Source of the DNA: Candidatus Eiseniibacteriota bacterium | Lineage (GTDB): Bacteria > Eisenbacteria > RBG-16-71-46 | Direction of reading: 5' to 3' | DNA length: 64,000 nucleotides | NCBI GenBank assembly: GCA_038231135.1 | Contig: JBBRLX010000014.1 | Span: forward strand, 1-64,000 | In this document: piece after piece, positions 49,731 to 59,534 of the stretch | How the letters are laid out: every line of letters starts with the position of its first letter | How positions within the stretch are numbered: the stretch's first letter is position 1 | Made by a program: the position numbers and the translations under genes | Notes under the pieces: model-generated | Seen by the model: only the letters and a program-made list of their open reading frames with translations | The model's database searches: none | What the model was told of the DNA's origin: nothing

Positions 49731-50698
49731 TTCGTGTCCTTCGCGCCGAGAATGCCCTTGAGGTCCATGATCGTGTTCTGATCGGAGATGATCACCGACA
49801 CCTTGTCCGACAGCTTGTCGACGTACAGATACTTGATATAGTTCGGATTCTTCGCCAGCGCCTTGTTGATCACCTCGATCGAGTTCGCGCGGCCCGTGGC
49901 CTCGATCACCTTGCGCTCAGCTTCCTTCTGCTCCTTCTCGAGCGTGTACTTCATCTGCTCGGCGCCCTGCTGGGCGATCTGCTTGGCTTCGATCGCGTTG
50001 GCGAACTGCGGCGTGAACCGCACGTCGCGCAGCACGATCTCGTCGACCATGAACCCGTCCTTCTCGATCAGCGCCTTGATCTTGGTGTTGATCTCGTCCT
50101 GGATCTGCGCGCGGCGCGACGAGTACACGTCCATGACGGCGTATTCCGAGATCACGAGCCGGATCACCGAGCGCACCGACGGCCGGATGATCTTCTCCTC
50201 GTAGTCGGGGCCGATCTTCTGATGGATCTCGGCGACCCGCAGCGGGTCGACGTGATGCCACACCGTGAGGTCGATGCCCACCTGCAGCCCTTCGCGGGTC
50301 GGCGACCAGATCGAATCGTCGACGTCGGCCTTGCGGCCCTCCCCCGTGACGCCCGACATCGTGTACTCGAGGCGGCGCAGGTCGTAGAGCTGGGTCGAGC
50401 AGATGAACGGCGGGACGAACGTCACGCCCTGGCGTGCGGTGCGGAATCCGCGCGTGACGGTGTTGAAGATCACGAGAGCGTGCCCGACCGGCACGACGCG
50501 CACCGACGCGAGCAGCCCCAGGCTGAGCACCAGCAGCGGGACGACGAACATCGCGGTGCGCGCCGCGTGGTTGCCGAAGTCCGCCGTCAGGATCCGGCCC
50601 TCGGCATCGTGAACGCGCGCGCCCTGGCGCCGCCCGATTGCGCGCCAGACCGAATAGCCACCGATCAACAGCACGACGAGCAGCAGCAAACCAGGCAT
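49727..50698 (-). CDS. SPFH/prohibitin (band 7) family protein
   Basis: GGAGG RBS; N-terminal TMs; VPVGH, IIRPSVRS, FANAIEAKQIAQQ coiled coil. Confidence 0.9.
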   Translation of the reverse strand: MPGLLLLVVLLIGGYSVWRAIGRRQGARVHDAEGRILTADFGNHAARTAMFVVPLLVLSLGLLASVRVVPVGHALVIFNTVTRGFRTARQGVTFVPPFICSTQLYDLRRLEYTMSGVTGEGRKADVDDSIWSPTREGLQVGIDLTVWHHVDPLRVAEIHQKIGPDYEEKIIRPSVRSVIRLVISEYAVMDVYSSRRAQIQDEINTKIKALIEKDGFMVDEIVLRDVRFTPQFANAIEAKQIAQQGAEQMKYTLEKEQKEAERKVIEATGRANSIEVINKALAKNPNYIKYLYVDKLSDKVSVIISDQNTIMDLKGILGAKDTK

Positions 50699-50787
50699 GG
50701 AATGCCTCCTCGAAGACCGACTCTAGCACAGCGGCGGAGGGCGTTTGGGATCCGGCCGCCGGACACGTTCGCCGGCGATGGCACCCC

Positions 50788-51336
50788 TCAGCGCGTATCC
50801 CGGCGCTCCGCCAGCGCTTTTTCGAATCGCACCAACCGATCTTCCGCACCCCCGGCGATGCTCCAGTCCCGTACGCGGGCGATGGAGACCCGGTGACGGG
50901 ATGCGATCTCCACGGCGGCTCGCAGACTCTGCAAATCGCTCCAGTGATAGTAGGCCGCCAGGCGGTCGCGACAGGAGTCGGTTGCGGACAACATGGTCAC
51001 GGTGGCTTCGCCCTTCCGCCGCACGACGGGTCGAATGTCCAGATCTTCCCCGATCGCGAGCGGTCCCCGCGGGAATTCGACGAAGAACGGTGCCGACGGG
51101 TGAACGTAGCGGTCCCGATCCCGGGCGAATTCGATGTCGCTCAGCGCCTGGTCGAGGAGGGCCTGCGTGGTCTGTGCGGACAGGATGAAATCGAGGTCCA
51201 TCGATGCATACGCGCCATCGGAATAAATACTGGCGCATGCGCCACCCGTCAGGACAGCATGAATCCGCCGGTCTCTGAGCGCGCCACCGACGGCGAACGC
51301 CACGTCGCTCAGCCCCGATTTGCGGCCCAGTCTCAC
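50788..51336 (-). CDS. Pol-beta superfamily nucleotidyltransferase (AbiEii-like putative toxin)
   Basis: LTGGACASIYS...SMDLDF (GG...DxD); GTGA overlap with the wHTH gene. Confidence 0.7.
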   Translation of the reverse strand: MRLGRKSGLSDVAFAVGGALRDRRIHAVLTGGACASIYSDGAYASMDLDFILSAQTTQALLDQALSDIEFARDRDRYVHPSAPFFVEFPRGPLAIGEDLDIRPVVRRKGEATVTMLSATDSCRDRLAAYYHWSDLQSLRAAVEIASRHRVSIARVRDWSIAGGAEDRLVRFEKALAERRDTR

Positions 51337-51671
51337 AGGGGTTTGCCGCTCCGCCGCGGACGCCGCCGCAGAGACTCAACCCTGTCGGTCAGCCAGCTCT
51401 CCGCCTCGGCAAGCCGCGTCACGAATGGCAACAGCTCCCGGCGGGCGAAGTAACCGGGGTTGATCTCGAATACCCGCGTTCGTCCCCGGCTGCGCGCGGT
51501 CACGAGTCCATCGCGTTCCAGGCTCTTGAGCGCGGACTGAATCGAAGACAGTGGCGCATCGAGGACGCGGGCGAGTTCGCGTGCATGGCTCTGCCCTAGA
51601 AGACTCAGAGCGAGAATGGAGCGTGTCCGCGCGGAACTGCCGAACGGACTGGAATTACCAATGACCGTCAT
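51333..51671 (-). CDS. Winged-helix (ArsR/MarR-like) DNA-binding protein, putative antitoxin
   Basis: FGS.ARTRSIL...ARELARVL...IQSALKSLERDGLV...GRTRVF. Confidence 0.75.
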   Translation of the reverse strand: MTVIGNSSPFGSSARTRSILALSLLGQSHARELARVLDAPLSSIQSALKSLERDGLVTARSRGRTRVFEINPGYFARRELLPFVTRLAEAESWLTDRVESLRRRPRRSGKPL

Positions 51672-51702
51672 ATCGAATCATATGACCATATATTGCGGTC
51701 AT
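51661..51702. promoter_or_regulatory. Putative autoregulatory operator of the wHTH-NTase pair
   Basis: ATGACC-N9-GGTCAT (51682-51702) plus another ATGACC at 51661; AT-rich; TATGAT 5 nt before the ATG on the minus strand. Confidence 0.5.
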
Positions 51703-51747
51703 CCGCAAGCGCCGAATCCGCCGGGCCGCCCCCGACTTCGCTCGCCG

Positions 51748-52554
51748 TCACCGCGTCAGCAGCCCCGCGTCGATCACGAACTGCGAACCCGTCACGAACC
51801 GGGCGCGCGGCGACACCAGCCACAGCACCGCCTCGGCGACGTCCTCGGGCTCGATCCACGGCACCGGCAGCAGGTTCCCGGCCGAGCGCTCGGCGATCTC
51901 GCGCGGCGTCGACCCCTCCATGGCGGCGAGGCCGTCGTTCATCGGTGTGTTCACGCCGGTCGGGTGGATCGACACCACGCGGATGCCGTGCGGGGCGAGC
52001 TCGATCGCCCACGACTTGGTGAGGCCGACCAGTCCCCACTTGCTCGCGGCGTAGTGGCTCAGGCGGTTCATGCCGCGCAGGCCCGCGACCGAGGAATTGT
52101 TCACGATCACGCCCGCGCTGCGCCGCATCATGTGCGGGATCACGTGGCGCCCGACGTTCCACGCCCCCTTGAGATTGATGTCGATCATGGCGTCCCATTC
52201 GTCCTCGGTCATCTCGTGGGCGTTGGCGTAGGCGCAGATGCCGGCGTTGTTGAACAGCACGTCGATGCGCCCGAACCGCCCGGCGGCGTCGGCGACGGCC
52301 GCCGCGACTGCGGCGCTGTCGCGCACGTCGGCGGCGTAGGTGCGCGCCTCGACGCCCAGCGCGCGGGCTTCGGCGGCGAGCGACTCGAGCTCGGCACCGG
52401 TGCCCATGCCGTAGGCGGGGTAGGGGAGCGGCTTCGCGATGTCGAGTGCTGCGACGTGCATGCCGGCGCGCGCGAACGCCAGCGCGGTGGCGCGGCCCTG
52501 TCCATGCGCGGCACCGGTGACGAACGCGACCTGGCCCTGCAGCTCCTGCGGCAT
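51748..52554 (-). CDS. SDR oxidoreductase resembling mycofactocin-coupled SDRs
   Basis: TGAAHGQG, DIAKPLPYPAY..GT..EL insertion, NNAG, YAASK, HPTGVNTPM. Confidence 0.82.
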   Translation of the reverse strand: MPQELQGQVAFVTGAAHGQGRATALAFARAGMHVAALDIAKPLPYPAYGMGTGAELESLAAEARALGVEARTYAADVRDSAAVAAAVADAAGRFGRIDVLFNNAGICAYANAHEMTEDEWDAMIDINLKGAWNVGRHVIPHMMRRSAGVIVNNSSVAGLRGMNRLSHYAASKWGLVGLTKSWAIELAPHGIRVVSIHPTGVNTPMNDGLAAMEGSTPREIAERSAGNLLPVPWIEPEDVAEAVLWLVSPRARFVTGSQFVIDAGLLTR

Positions 52555-52565
52555 CGTGGCTCCGA

Positions 52566-53099
52566 TCACTGGACGGCGCCGGGGCGCCGGTAGGGTTCGA
52601 GGTAGTCGTCGAGATCGACGCGCAGCGCGTTGTTGACGACATTGGTCGCGATCATCATCCCGCCGAACGCGGTGAGCGCCACCATCTGTGCGGGCGTGAG
52701 GTGGCGGGCTGCGGCATCGTACACGGGCTGCGGCACGTGACTGTGATCCCGGGTGAGCGCCACGCCGTAGTCGATGATCGCCTGGTCCCGGTCGTCGAGA
52801 CGCAGCGCTTCCAGGTCCTCGCCGGCGTCGATGAGGATCCGGCGGAAGAACGTGGAGCAGATCAGGCAGCCGGTCTCGGACGACACGGCGTGGGCGTACA
52901 GGGTGGTGAGCCGGTCGCCGAGGAACGTCGTGACTTCGTCGCGCAGCGGGTACCAGGTCATGAGCGCCACGAGCCCGGCCGGCGAATGCGCGAGCGTGCG
53001 CTTCATCTGGGTCACGCGTCCGTGCGCCAGGAGCTGCCGGTCGAGTTCCTGCTGCGCCGCGGGTGCCAAGGGCGGCTCGGCGGGGGGGACGCGTGCCAT
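52566..53099 (-). CDS. AhpD/carboxymuconolactone decarboxylase family protein
   Basis: TLAHSP, AVSSETGCLICS (CxxC), all-helical pattern, NNAL end. Confidence 0.75.
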   Translation of the reverse strand: MARVPPAEPPLAPAAQQELDRQLLAHGRVTQMKRTLAHSPAGLVALMTWYPLRDEVTTFLGDRLTTLYAHAVSSETGCLICSTFFRRILIDAGEDLEALRLDDRDQAIIDYGVALTRDHSHVPQPVYDAAARHLTPAQMVALTAFGGMMIATNVVNNALRVDLDDYLEPYRRPGAVQ

Positions 53100-53246
53100 G
53101 TCGTTGCCTTTCGAATCGGATGCGGTGGTCCGGCCGGCGGAACGATTCCGGGCGGCCGAATGACCGATGGTAGCCCGCAGCGTGTCGCGCCGGAAATGGG
53201 CTAGACTGGCGCCCGCTCGAACCCGTCGTCACTCCGGAGGACCGCC

Positions 53247-55202
53247 GTGCCCGATCTCTATCCCGTTCTGCCGCACATCCGCGAGCGCGCGTACATCTCG
53301 TCCATGGAGCAGTATCAGCGGCTGTATCAGCGGTCGCTCGAGGATCCCGCCGGGTTCTGGGCCGAGCAGGCGGAGACGATCAGCTGGTTCCATCCGTGGA
53401 CCACGGTGCTCGATGCGGACTACGAGGAGGTGGACTTCGCCTGGTACTCGGGCGGCCGGCTGAACGCCTGCTACAACTGCGTGGACCGGCACCTGGAATC
53501 GCACGGCGATCGGACCGCGATCATCTGGGCGGCGGACGAGCCCGGCACCTACGTGCGCATCAGCTACCGCGACCTCAAACATCACGTGTGCCGGGTCGCG
53601 AACGTGCTGCTGTCGCGCGGGGTGAAGAAGGGCGACCGCGTGTGCATCTACATGCCGATGATCCCCGAGACCGTGTACGCGATGCTGGCGTGTGCGCGCA
53701 TCGGCGCGGTGCACTCGGTGGTGTTCGGCGGATTCAGCGCGGAGTCACTGCGCGACCGTATCCTCGACGCCGGCTGCAAGCTGGTGTTCACCGCCAACGA
53801 GGGCATGCGCGGCGGCAAGCGCATCCCGCTCAAGGCGATCACGGACCACGCGATCGAGGGACTGTCGATGGTCGAGACCGTGCTCGTGGCGCGCCGCACC
53901 GACACCGAGGTGCCGATGCGCCAGGGGCGCGACCTGTGGCTCGACGACGAGATGCGGCGCCAGCGCTCGACCTGCACGGTGGAATGGATGGGCGCCGAGG
54001 ACCCACTGTACATCCTCTACACCTCGGGCAGCACCGGCAAGCCCAAGGGCCTGCTGCACACCACCGGCGGCTACATGGTGTACGCGGCGATGACGCACAA
54101 GCTGGTGTTCGACTATCACCCGGGCGACGTCTACTGCTGCGCCGCGGACGTGGGCTGGGTGACGGGGCACAGCTATATCGTCTACGGCCCGCTCGCGAAC
54201 GGCGCGACGACGGTGATGTTCGAATCGATCCCGACCTACCCCGATCCCGGGCGGTACTGGCAGCTGGTCGACGATCTCGGCATCAACATCTTCTATACCG
54301 CGCCCACCGCACTGCGCGCGATTGCCCAGGCCGGCGACGGCTTCGTGACGAAACACTCGCGCAAGACGCTGCGCATCCTGGGTTCGGTCGGCGAGCCGAT
54401 CAATCCCGAGATCTGGCGCTGGTATCACGACGTCGTCGGGGGCGGGCGGTGCGCCGTGGTCGACACCTGGTGGCAGACGGAGACCGGCGGCATCCTGATC
54501 ACGCCGCTGCCGGGCGCGACCCCGACCAAGCCGGGCTCGGCGACGCTGCCGTTCTTCGGCGTGAAGCCGGTGGTGGTCGACGCCGAGAAGGGCACCGAGC
54601 TCGAGGGCAACGGCGTGTCGGGCGCACTGTGCCTCACGACGCCGTGGCCGGGACAGGCGCGCACGGTGTGGGGTGACCACCAGCGCTTCAAGGACACGTA
54701 TTTCGCGCAGTACCACGGCCGCTACTTCACCGGCGACGGCTGCACGCGCGACGCCGACGGCTACTACTGGATCACCGGGCGCATCGACGACGTGCTGAAC
54801 GTGTCGGGCCACCGGCTCGGCACCGCCGAGGTCGAGAGCGCGCTGGTGGCGCACGAGATCGTCGCGGAGGCCGCGGTCGTGGGATTCCCGCACGACATCA
54901 AGGGCACGGGCATCTACGCCTACGTCGTGCTCGGCAGCGAGCACGCGAACGCCGAGCCGCGCGATGTCGAGGGCGCGCTGAAGGAGCAGGTGCGGCAGGC
55001 GATCGGCGGGTTCGCGGCGCCCGACGTGATCCACGTCGCGATCGGCCTGCCGAAGACCCGGAGCGGCAAGATCATGCGGCGCATCCTGCGCAAGATCGCG
55101 GCCGGCGAGTACACGGGGCTCGGCGACGTGACCACGCTCGCGGACCCCGACGTGGTCGAACGGCTGGTCGCGGAGCATCGCGAGCGCACGGAGCGTCGCT
55201 GA
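53247..55202 (+). CDS. acs: Acetate--CoA ligase (acetyl-CoA synthetase)
   Basis: [45 protein letters not shown]. Confidence 0.96.
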   Translation: MPDLYPVLPHIRERAYISSMEQYQRLYQRSLEDPAGFWAEQAETISWFHPWTTVLDADYEEVDFAWYSGGRLNACYNCVDRHLESHGDRTAIIWAADEPGTYVRISYRDLKHHVCRVANVLLSRGVKKGDRVCIYMPMIPETVYAMLACARIGAVHSVVFGGFSAESLRDRILDAGCKLVFTANEGMRGGKRIPLKAITDHAIEGLSMVETVLVARRTDTEVPMRQGRDLWLDDEMRRQRSTCTVEWMGAEDPLYILYTSGSTGKPKGLLHTTGGYMVYAAMTHKLVFDYHPGDVYCCAADVGWVTGHSYIVYGPLANGATTVMFESIPTYPDPGRYWQLVDDLGINIFYTAPTALRAIAQAGDGFVTKHSRKTLRILGSVGEPINPEIWRWYHDVVGGGRCAVVDTWWQTETGGILITPLPGATPTKPGSATLPFFGVKPVVVDAEKGTELEGNGVSGALCLTTPWPGQARTVWGDHQRFKDTYFAQYHGRYFTGDGCTRDADGYYWITGRIDDVLNVSGHRLGTAEVESALVAHEIVAEAAVVGFPHDIKGTGIYAYVVLGSEHANAEPRDVEGALKEQVRQAIGGFAAPDVIHVAIGLPKTRSGKIMRRILRKIAAGEYTGLGDVTTLADPDVVERLVAEHRERTERR

Positions 55203-55341
55203 CGCAGAAGCCGGTGACGCCGAACGTGAACGCGCTGCTGCGTGACGGCACGCCGTCGCCGCGGTGATCGGGGACTCGCTGGGAGTCCTCGATCACGCTC
55301 CGATGCCAACGCAGTAATCGGGTCGTTTCAGCAGCCTGCGG

Positions 55342-58300
55342 CTATAGCTTCACGAAGCGCCGGGTGAAGCGGGCATCGCCGACCCGCACCTGCACCACGT
55401 AGAGCCCGGGCGCCAACGCGCCGCGCGGCGACCGCGGCTGCCAGGTCTGGCGGATGCGCCCTGCCGCACGCCACTCGTCGAGGCTCCATACCCGCCGGCC
55501 GTCGACGCCGAAGACTTCCCACGTCACGCGGGCTGCGCGCGGCAGGGCGAGGGCGAACGTCACGCCGGCCCGCATCGGATCGGGATAGGGGTTCGAGAGC
55601 GCGAGCACGCCGGGAATCGGGTCCCCGGGCGTGGCCGTCGTCGCGGCCGCCGACCCGCCCGCGACGACGGCGAGCGCGCGTGTCGCCAGCGCCGCCGGCC
55701 GCACCCGCACCGCGGTGGCGGCCGGCGCCGACAGCGCATTCCATGCCGTGAACGCCACCCGGTAGACGCTGTCGCGCACGGCACTGCTGTCGGGAGTCCA
55801 GAACCACGTGGCGCTGGTGTGGTCGGGACTCACCACGAACCGGATCGTGGTGTCGGGCGGCACGCTGGACGCGTCGACCGTCAGCGAGTCGATGGCGTCG
55901 CCATCGGGGTCGGTCACGCTCACCGCCACCTGAACCGTCTGACCGGCGTTCACGGTCACTGAGTCGGGCACGGACACCACCGGCGGGAGATCGGTATTCG
56001 CCACCGTGATCGTCGTCGAAGTCGACGACTGGAGCGCGTTGCTGGCGGTGAACGTGACGACGTAGGAGCGGGGACCATCGTGGAACCCCGGCGTCCATTC
56101 GAATGTGTAGATCAGGGGCGGCTGCTCGCCGGAATCGGGTCCGGGAGCATCGCCGGGCCCTTCCTGCCGCGGGCCGGTGGCGCTGGAGCCCGCCGCCGGC
56201 GTGCCGTGCGCGACCACGTGGCCGCCCGCCGGCGCGGACAGGGTTGCGTTGCCTGAGGTTTCGGCACCGCGGGCGGGAATGGCAACCCGGGCCGTGGCGC
56301 CGCCATGCACCGGCGTCGCCACCGTGCCGCCCGGGCCGGACCCGTCGCCGGGAGTGAATCGCGCGTTGTTCGACGGCGGCAGCGCGGAGAAATCGGCGAC
56401 CAGCGATGGGATCGCGTCCCCGTCCGGATCGGTCGCGGTGACGTGGATGCGCGCGAGGGAGCCTTCGCTGCCGGCGACGACCTGCGGCGCGCTCACCACC
56501 GGCGGCCGATCGACGTTCGCGACCTGGATCTCGGCCCTCCCCTGACCGGTCGCGGCGTTCGACGCCTGGAACACGACGGTGTACGGCATGCCGCGCGCAT
56601 CGTCCCAGCCGGGCGTCCACGTGAACGTGCCGGCCGTGTGGTCCGCGTTCACGACGAATGTGGCGTCGTTGCCCGCCGGCAGCCCGGACGGACCGGTGGT
56701 GAGCGCGTCGATCGGGTCGCCGTCGGGGTCCACGGCGGTGACGTTCACCGTCACCGTGCCGCGTTCGTTCGCCTGCACGGTCGCGGGCACCGTCACCCGC
56801 GGGGCGCGGTCGGTGTTCGCGATCGTGACCGCGCACGGGGCCGAGCCGCTGAGTGCGTTCACGGCCCGGAACACGATCACGTAGGGAGCGGGGCGCGCGT
56901 CCGTGTACGACGGCGTCCAGGTCAGCGTGCCCGCGGTATGGCCGGCATTCACCGTGAACCGCGCGCCGCTGCCCGCGGGCAGCGCGGACACGTCCGCGGT
57001 CAAGGAATCGATGGGATCGCTGTCGGGGTCCATGGCCGCAACCTGGACCATGACCACGCGGCCTTCGGCGCCCGCGACCGCGGGCGCGACCGTGACGCGC
57101 GGCGGCCGCCCCACGTGGATCGTCCGGTTGATCGAAGCCGTGAGCGCGTTCGAGGCCGTCAACGACACCTCGAACGGTCCCGCATCATCGCCCAGCCCGG
57201 GCGTCCAGGTCAGCGTTCCCGACGTGCCGGATGGGTTGCTCGTGAACACGGCTCCATCCGCGGGCGGGAGGTCCGACAGATCGGCGGTCAGCGAGTCGAT
57301 GGCATCGCCGTCCGGGTCGGAAGCCGTGACGGTGAGCACGAACGCCTGGCCGGAGGTCGCGAACAGATTCGTCGCTGCCGACAGGAGCGGGGCGCGGTCC
57401 GGCGCCGCCACGGCCACCGGCGCCGTCGCGGTGGACGTGAGGCCGCCGGAATCGGCCACGGTCACCTGGGCCGTCCAATTGCCCGCGGCGTAGGAGTGGT
57501 TTGCGAGCGGCGAGGCCTGCGGGCCGATCACGGTGCCGTCGCCGAAGTCGAACCGGTAGGTCGCGATCGCATGTTCGGGATCGGTCGAAGCGGACGCGTT
57601 CGCGGTCACCGCGAGCGGCGCCGCTCCCGAGGCGGGCGTGATCGTCAGTGCGGCCACCGGCGGCAGGTTCGGCACGATGTACTCCAGCGCGCCGCGGTCC
57701 GCAAACGGCACCGGACCCGAGCCGGTGTTGGGGGTGCCGGGGTCGTCGGCCCGCGCCTGGCCCTCGGCGTCCGTCGCCGGCCAGTTGGCGACCGACGTGA
57801 TCGCGGCGTCGATGGCGGGCGATCCCGCCAGCAGGTGGAGATCCCCCGCGGCGGGATTCACGAACCGTGGATTGGACTGCACGCTATGGGCATCCTGCCC
57901 GCTGACCACCGAATAGGCCGCCACGGTTGGGTAGAGCGTAGCGATGTACTTCACAGGCGCCTGCGCTGTGGAATTCCAGAACATGTTGTAGTCCGACACG
58001 AATCCCGGCGTCGAGCTGGCGTCGACCCACAGGTCGAATTCGTTGGTGGTGAGCCCGTTGTCAGAGGCGATGCAGTCGTAGAGCTGGTTGGCGGGAGAGA
58101 TGCCCTCGATCGAGAACCCATCCTTGAAGTTGCCCCACGCGACATCGCCGATGTGCACGTTGCCGGTCACCATCAGGTGGTCGTAGCCGTGGTCGCCATT
58201 CTTCCACGAGCGATTCTGGATACAGGTGTTGCTGTCCGAATGCGCGTTGATCTGCAGCCCCGAGTCCTGGTTGTCGTGCAGCAGGTTGCCTTCCACCCAA

Positions 58301-59184
58301 TTGTGCGGCGAATGGTCGAACTGGATGCCGTTCGCGGCCCGCACGGTCGGCCGGGCGTTGCGGAGCGACTCGTTGAATCGCACCGTCGAACCCGAGACGC
58401 CGCTCACGAAGTACAGGCCGTGGTCGCCGTTGTCCGACGCCAGGTTGCGCTCGACCAGCAGATTCGGGCTGCCCACGCACTTGATCCCGTGAAACCGTGC
58501 GAACGTGACGGTGTCGTGGGCGACGACGCAGTGGTTCGTGTTCGTCAGGAAGATGCCCGCGTCGTCGGTGCGCGTGACCGTGAACCCCAGGAGCGTCACC
58601 CACGCATGCCCGGACAACTCGATGCCGTGCAGCCGGTGTCCAACTTCGACGGCGTGCGTCGCGGGGTTGCCACCGCCCGCGTTCACGTAGAGACCGGTTC
58701 CCGCCACGTAGCGGTAGCTGCGGTTGCCGATGAGGCTCCCCGACGCGGCCGTGGAGTCGATCGCGAGGCGCGCGCCATCCCCGAACACCTGTTGCGGAGC
58801 CCAGTTCACCGCCGCCGCCAGGTAGACGTTGCCCGACACGGGCTGCCAGGCGGAGGCGGCGAGGCTGTCGGCGCCATCGATCACCACCCGCCTCTGCGCC
58901 TGGACCACGACCGGCGCGCCGGAAGATCCGGCGGGCGGGTCGACCTGCTCGCGGTAGGTGCCGCTCAGGACCGTCACGGCGTTGCCTGCCGACACCCGGA
59001 GCATCGCGTAGCCGAGCGTGCGGAACGGTTGTGACGGGGTGCCGGGCCCGCCATCGAACGCCGCGGGGTTCGTGTTGTCGACGTAGAACGTGACCGCAGC
59101 GGCGGGCGTCGCGAACCCGAGCGCGATCACGGCAGGCAGGAGCACCGCCGCTCCGAATGCGCGAATCGCAGGGAGACAGGTCAT
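55342..59184 (-). CDS. Giant secreted protein: beta-helix, PKD, five tandem Ig-like repeats, C-terminal sorting domain; paralog of 4504..9219
   Basis: Signal peptide ending AAA/VTFYVD; GLYVNAGGGNPATHAV; DLHLLAGSPAIDA...DRGALEY; YRFDFGDG; DPDGD...WTP repeats; GLYVV...RRFVKL. Confidence 0.85.
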   Translation of the reverse strand: MTCLPAIRAFGAAVLLPAVIALGFATPAAAVTFYVDNTNPAAFDGGPGTPSQPFRTLGYAMLRVSAGNAVTVLSGTYREQVDPPAGSSGAPVVVQAQRRVVIDGADSLAASAWQPVSGNVYLAAAVNWAPQQVFGDGARLAIDSTAASGSLIGNRSYRYVAGTGLYVNAGGGNPATHAVEVGHRLHGIELSGHAWVTLLGFTVTRTDDAGIFLTNTNHCVVAHDTVTFARFHGIKCVGSPNLLVERNLASDNGDHGLYFVSGVSGSTVRFNESLRNARPTVRAANGIQFDHSPHNWVEGNLLHDNQDSGLQINAHSDSNTCIQNRSWKNGDHGYDHLMVTGNVHIGDVAWGNFKDGFSIEGISPANQLYDCIASDNGLTTNEFDLWVDASSTPGFVSDYNMFWNSTAQAPVKYIATLYPTVAAYSVVSGQDAHSVQSNPRFVNPAAGDLHLLAGSPAIDAAITSVANWPATDAEGQARADDPGTPNTGSGPVPFADRGALEYIVPNLPPVAALTITPASGAAPLAVTANASASTDPEHAIATYRFDFGDGTVIGPQASPLANHSYAAGNWTAQVTVADSGGLTSTATAPVAVAAPDRAPLLSAATNLFATSGQAFVLTVTASDPDGDAIDSLTADLSDLPPADGAVFTSNPSGTSGTLTWTPGLGDDAGPFEVSLTASNALTASINRTIHVGRPPRVTVAPAVAGAEGRVVMVQVAAMDPDSDPIDSLTADVSALPAGSGARFTVNAGHTAGTLTWTPSYTDARPAPYVIVFRAVNALSGSAPCAVTIANTDRAPRVTVPATVQANERGTVTVNVTAVDPDGDPIDALTTGPSGLPAGNDATFVVNADHTAGTFTWTPGWDDARGMPYTVVFQASNAATGQGRAEIQVANVDRPPVVSAPQVVAGSEGSLARIHVTATDPDGDAIPSLVADFSALPPSNNARFTPGDGSGPGGTVATPVHGGATARVAIPARGAETSGNATLSAPAGGHVVAHGTPAAGSSATGPRQEGPGDAPGPDSGEQPPLIYTFEWTPGFHDGPRSYVVTFTASNALQSSTSTTITVANTDLPPVVSVPDSVTVNAGQTVQVAVSVTDPDGDAIDSLTVDASSVPPDTTIRFVVSPDHTSATWFWTPDSSAVRDSVYRVAFTAWNALSAPAATAVRVRPAALATRALAVVAGGSAAATTATPGDPIPGVLALSNPYPDPMRAGVTFALALPRAARVTWEVFGVDGRRVWSLDEWRAAGRIRQTWQPRSPRGALAPGLYVVQVRVGDARFTRRFVKL
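55700..57399 (-). repeat. Five intragenic tandem Ig-like repeats of about 96-100 aa
   Basis: Units start near 57399, 57111, 56811, 56511 and 55992; consensus (R/L)(A/P)P..V...DPD(G/S)D.I..L...LP...F...WTP...F.A.NA. Confidence 0.85.
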
Positions 59185-59534
59185 GGCGCAACGGGCGGCG
59201 CGCCGGTGAACCGGTGCGGCCGCGCGGCGAGGTGGGCAGATCAGGTTCACGGGAGGGTTTTTCACGGCGGCCCGATGTTGATGGAATGCCGTTACTTCCA
59301 AGGGTTGTCCGGAAGCCGCGAGATCCGCGGCGAGGCCGGAGTATAGCGGAGTCGAACGTTCATTCCAGTGGATTCCGGATTCAAAAAACATGCGTTCGGT
59401 AGTCGTCCGCATTCCGATAGACTTGAGCCTGCTCAGTGTGGCGTTTCGCCACAGTTCGGACGTGAGACACGCCTCCCAACGTCAGTTCTCCGAAGCTCGA
59501 CACCCGGCCGGATTCGCGGCCGTCACAGATTTTA

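Noticed and set aside
22213..51336. Functional link between the tRNA-Ser relic and the NTase toxin (some MenT toxins modify tRNA-Ser)
   Set aside because: About 28 kb apart with no sequence evidence connecting them.
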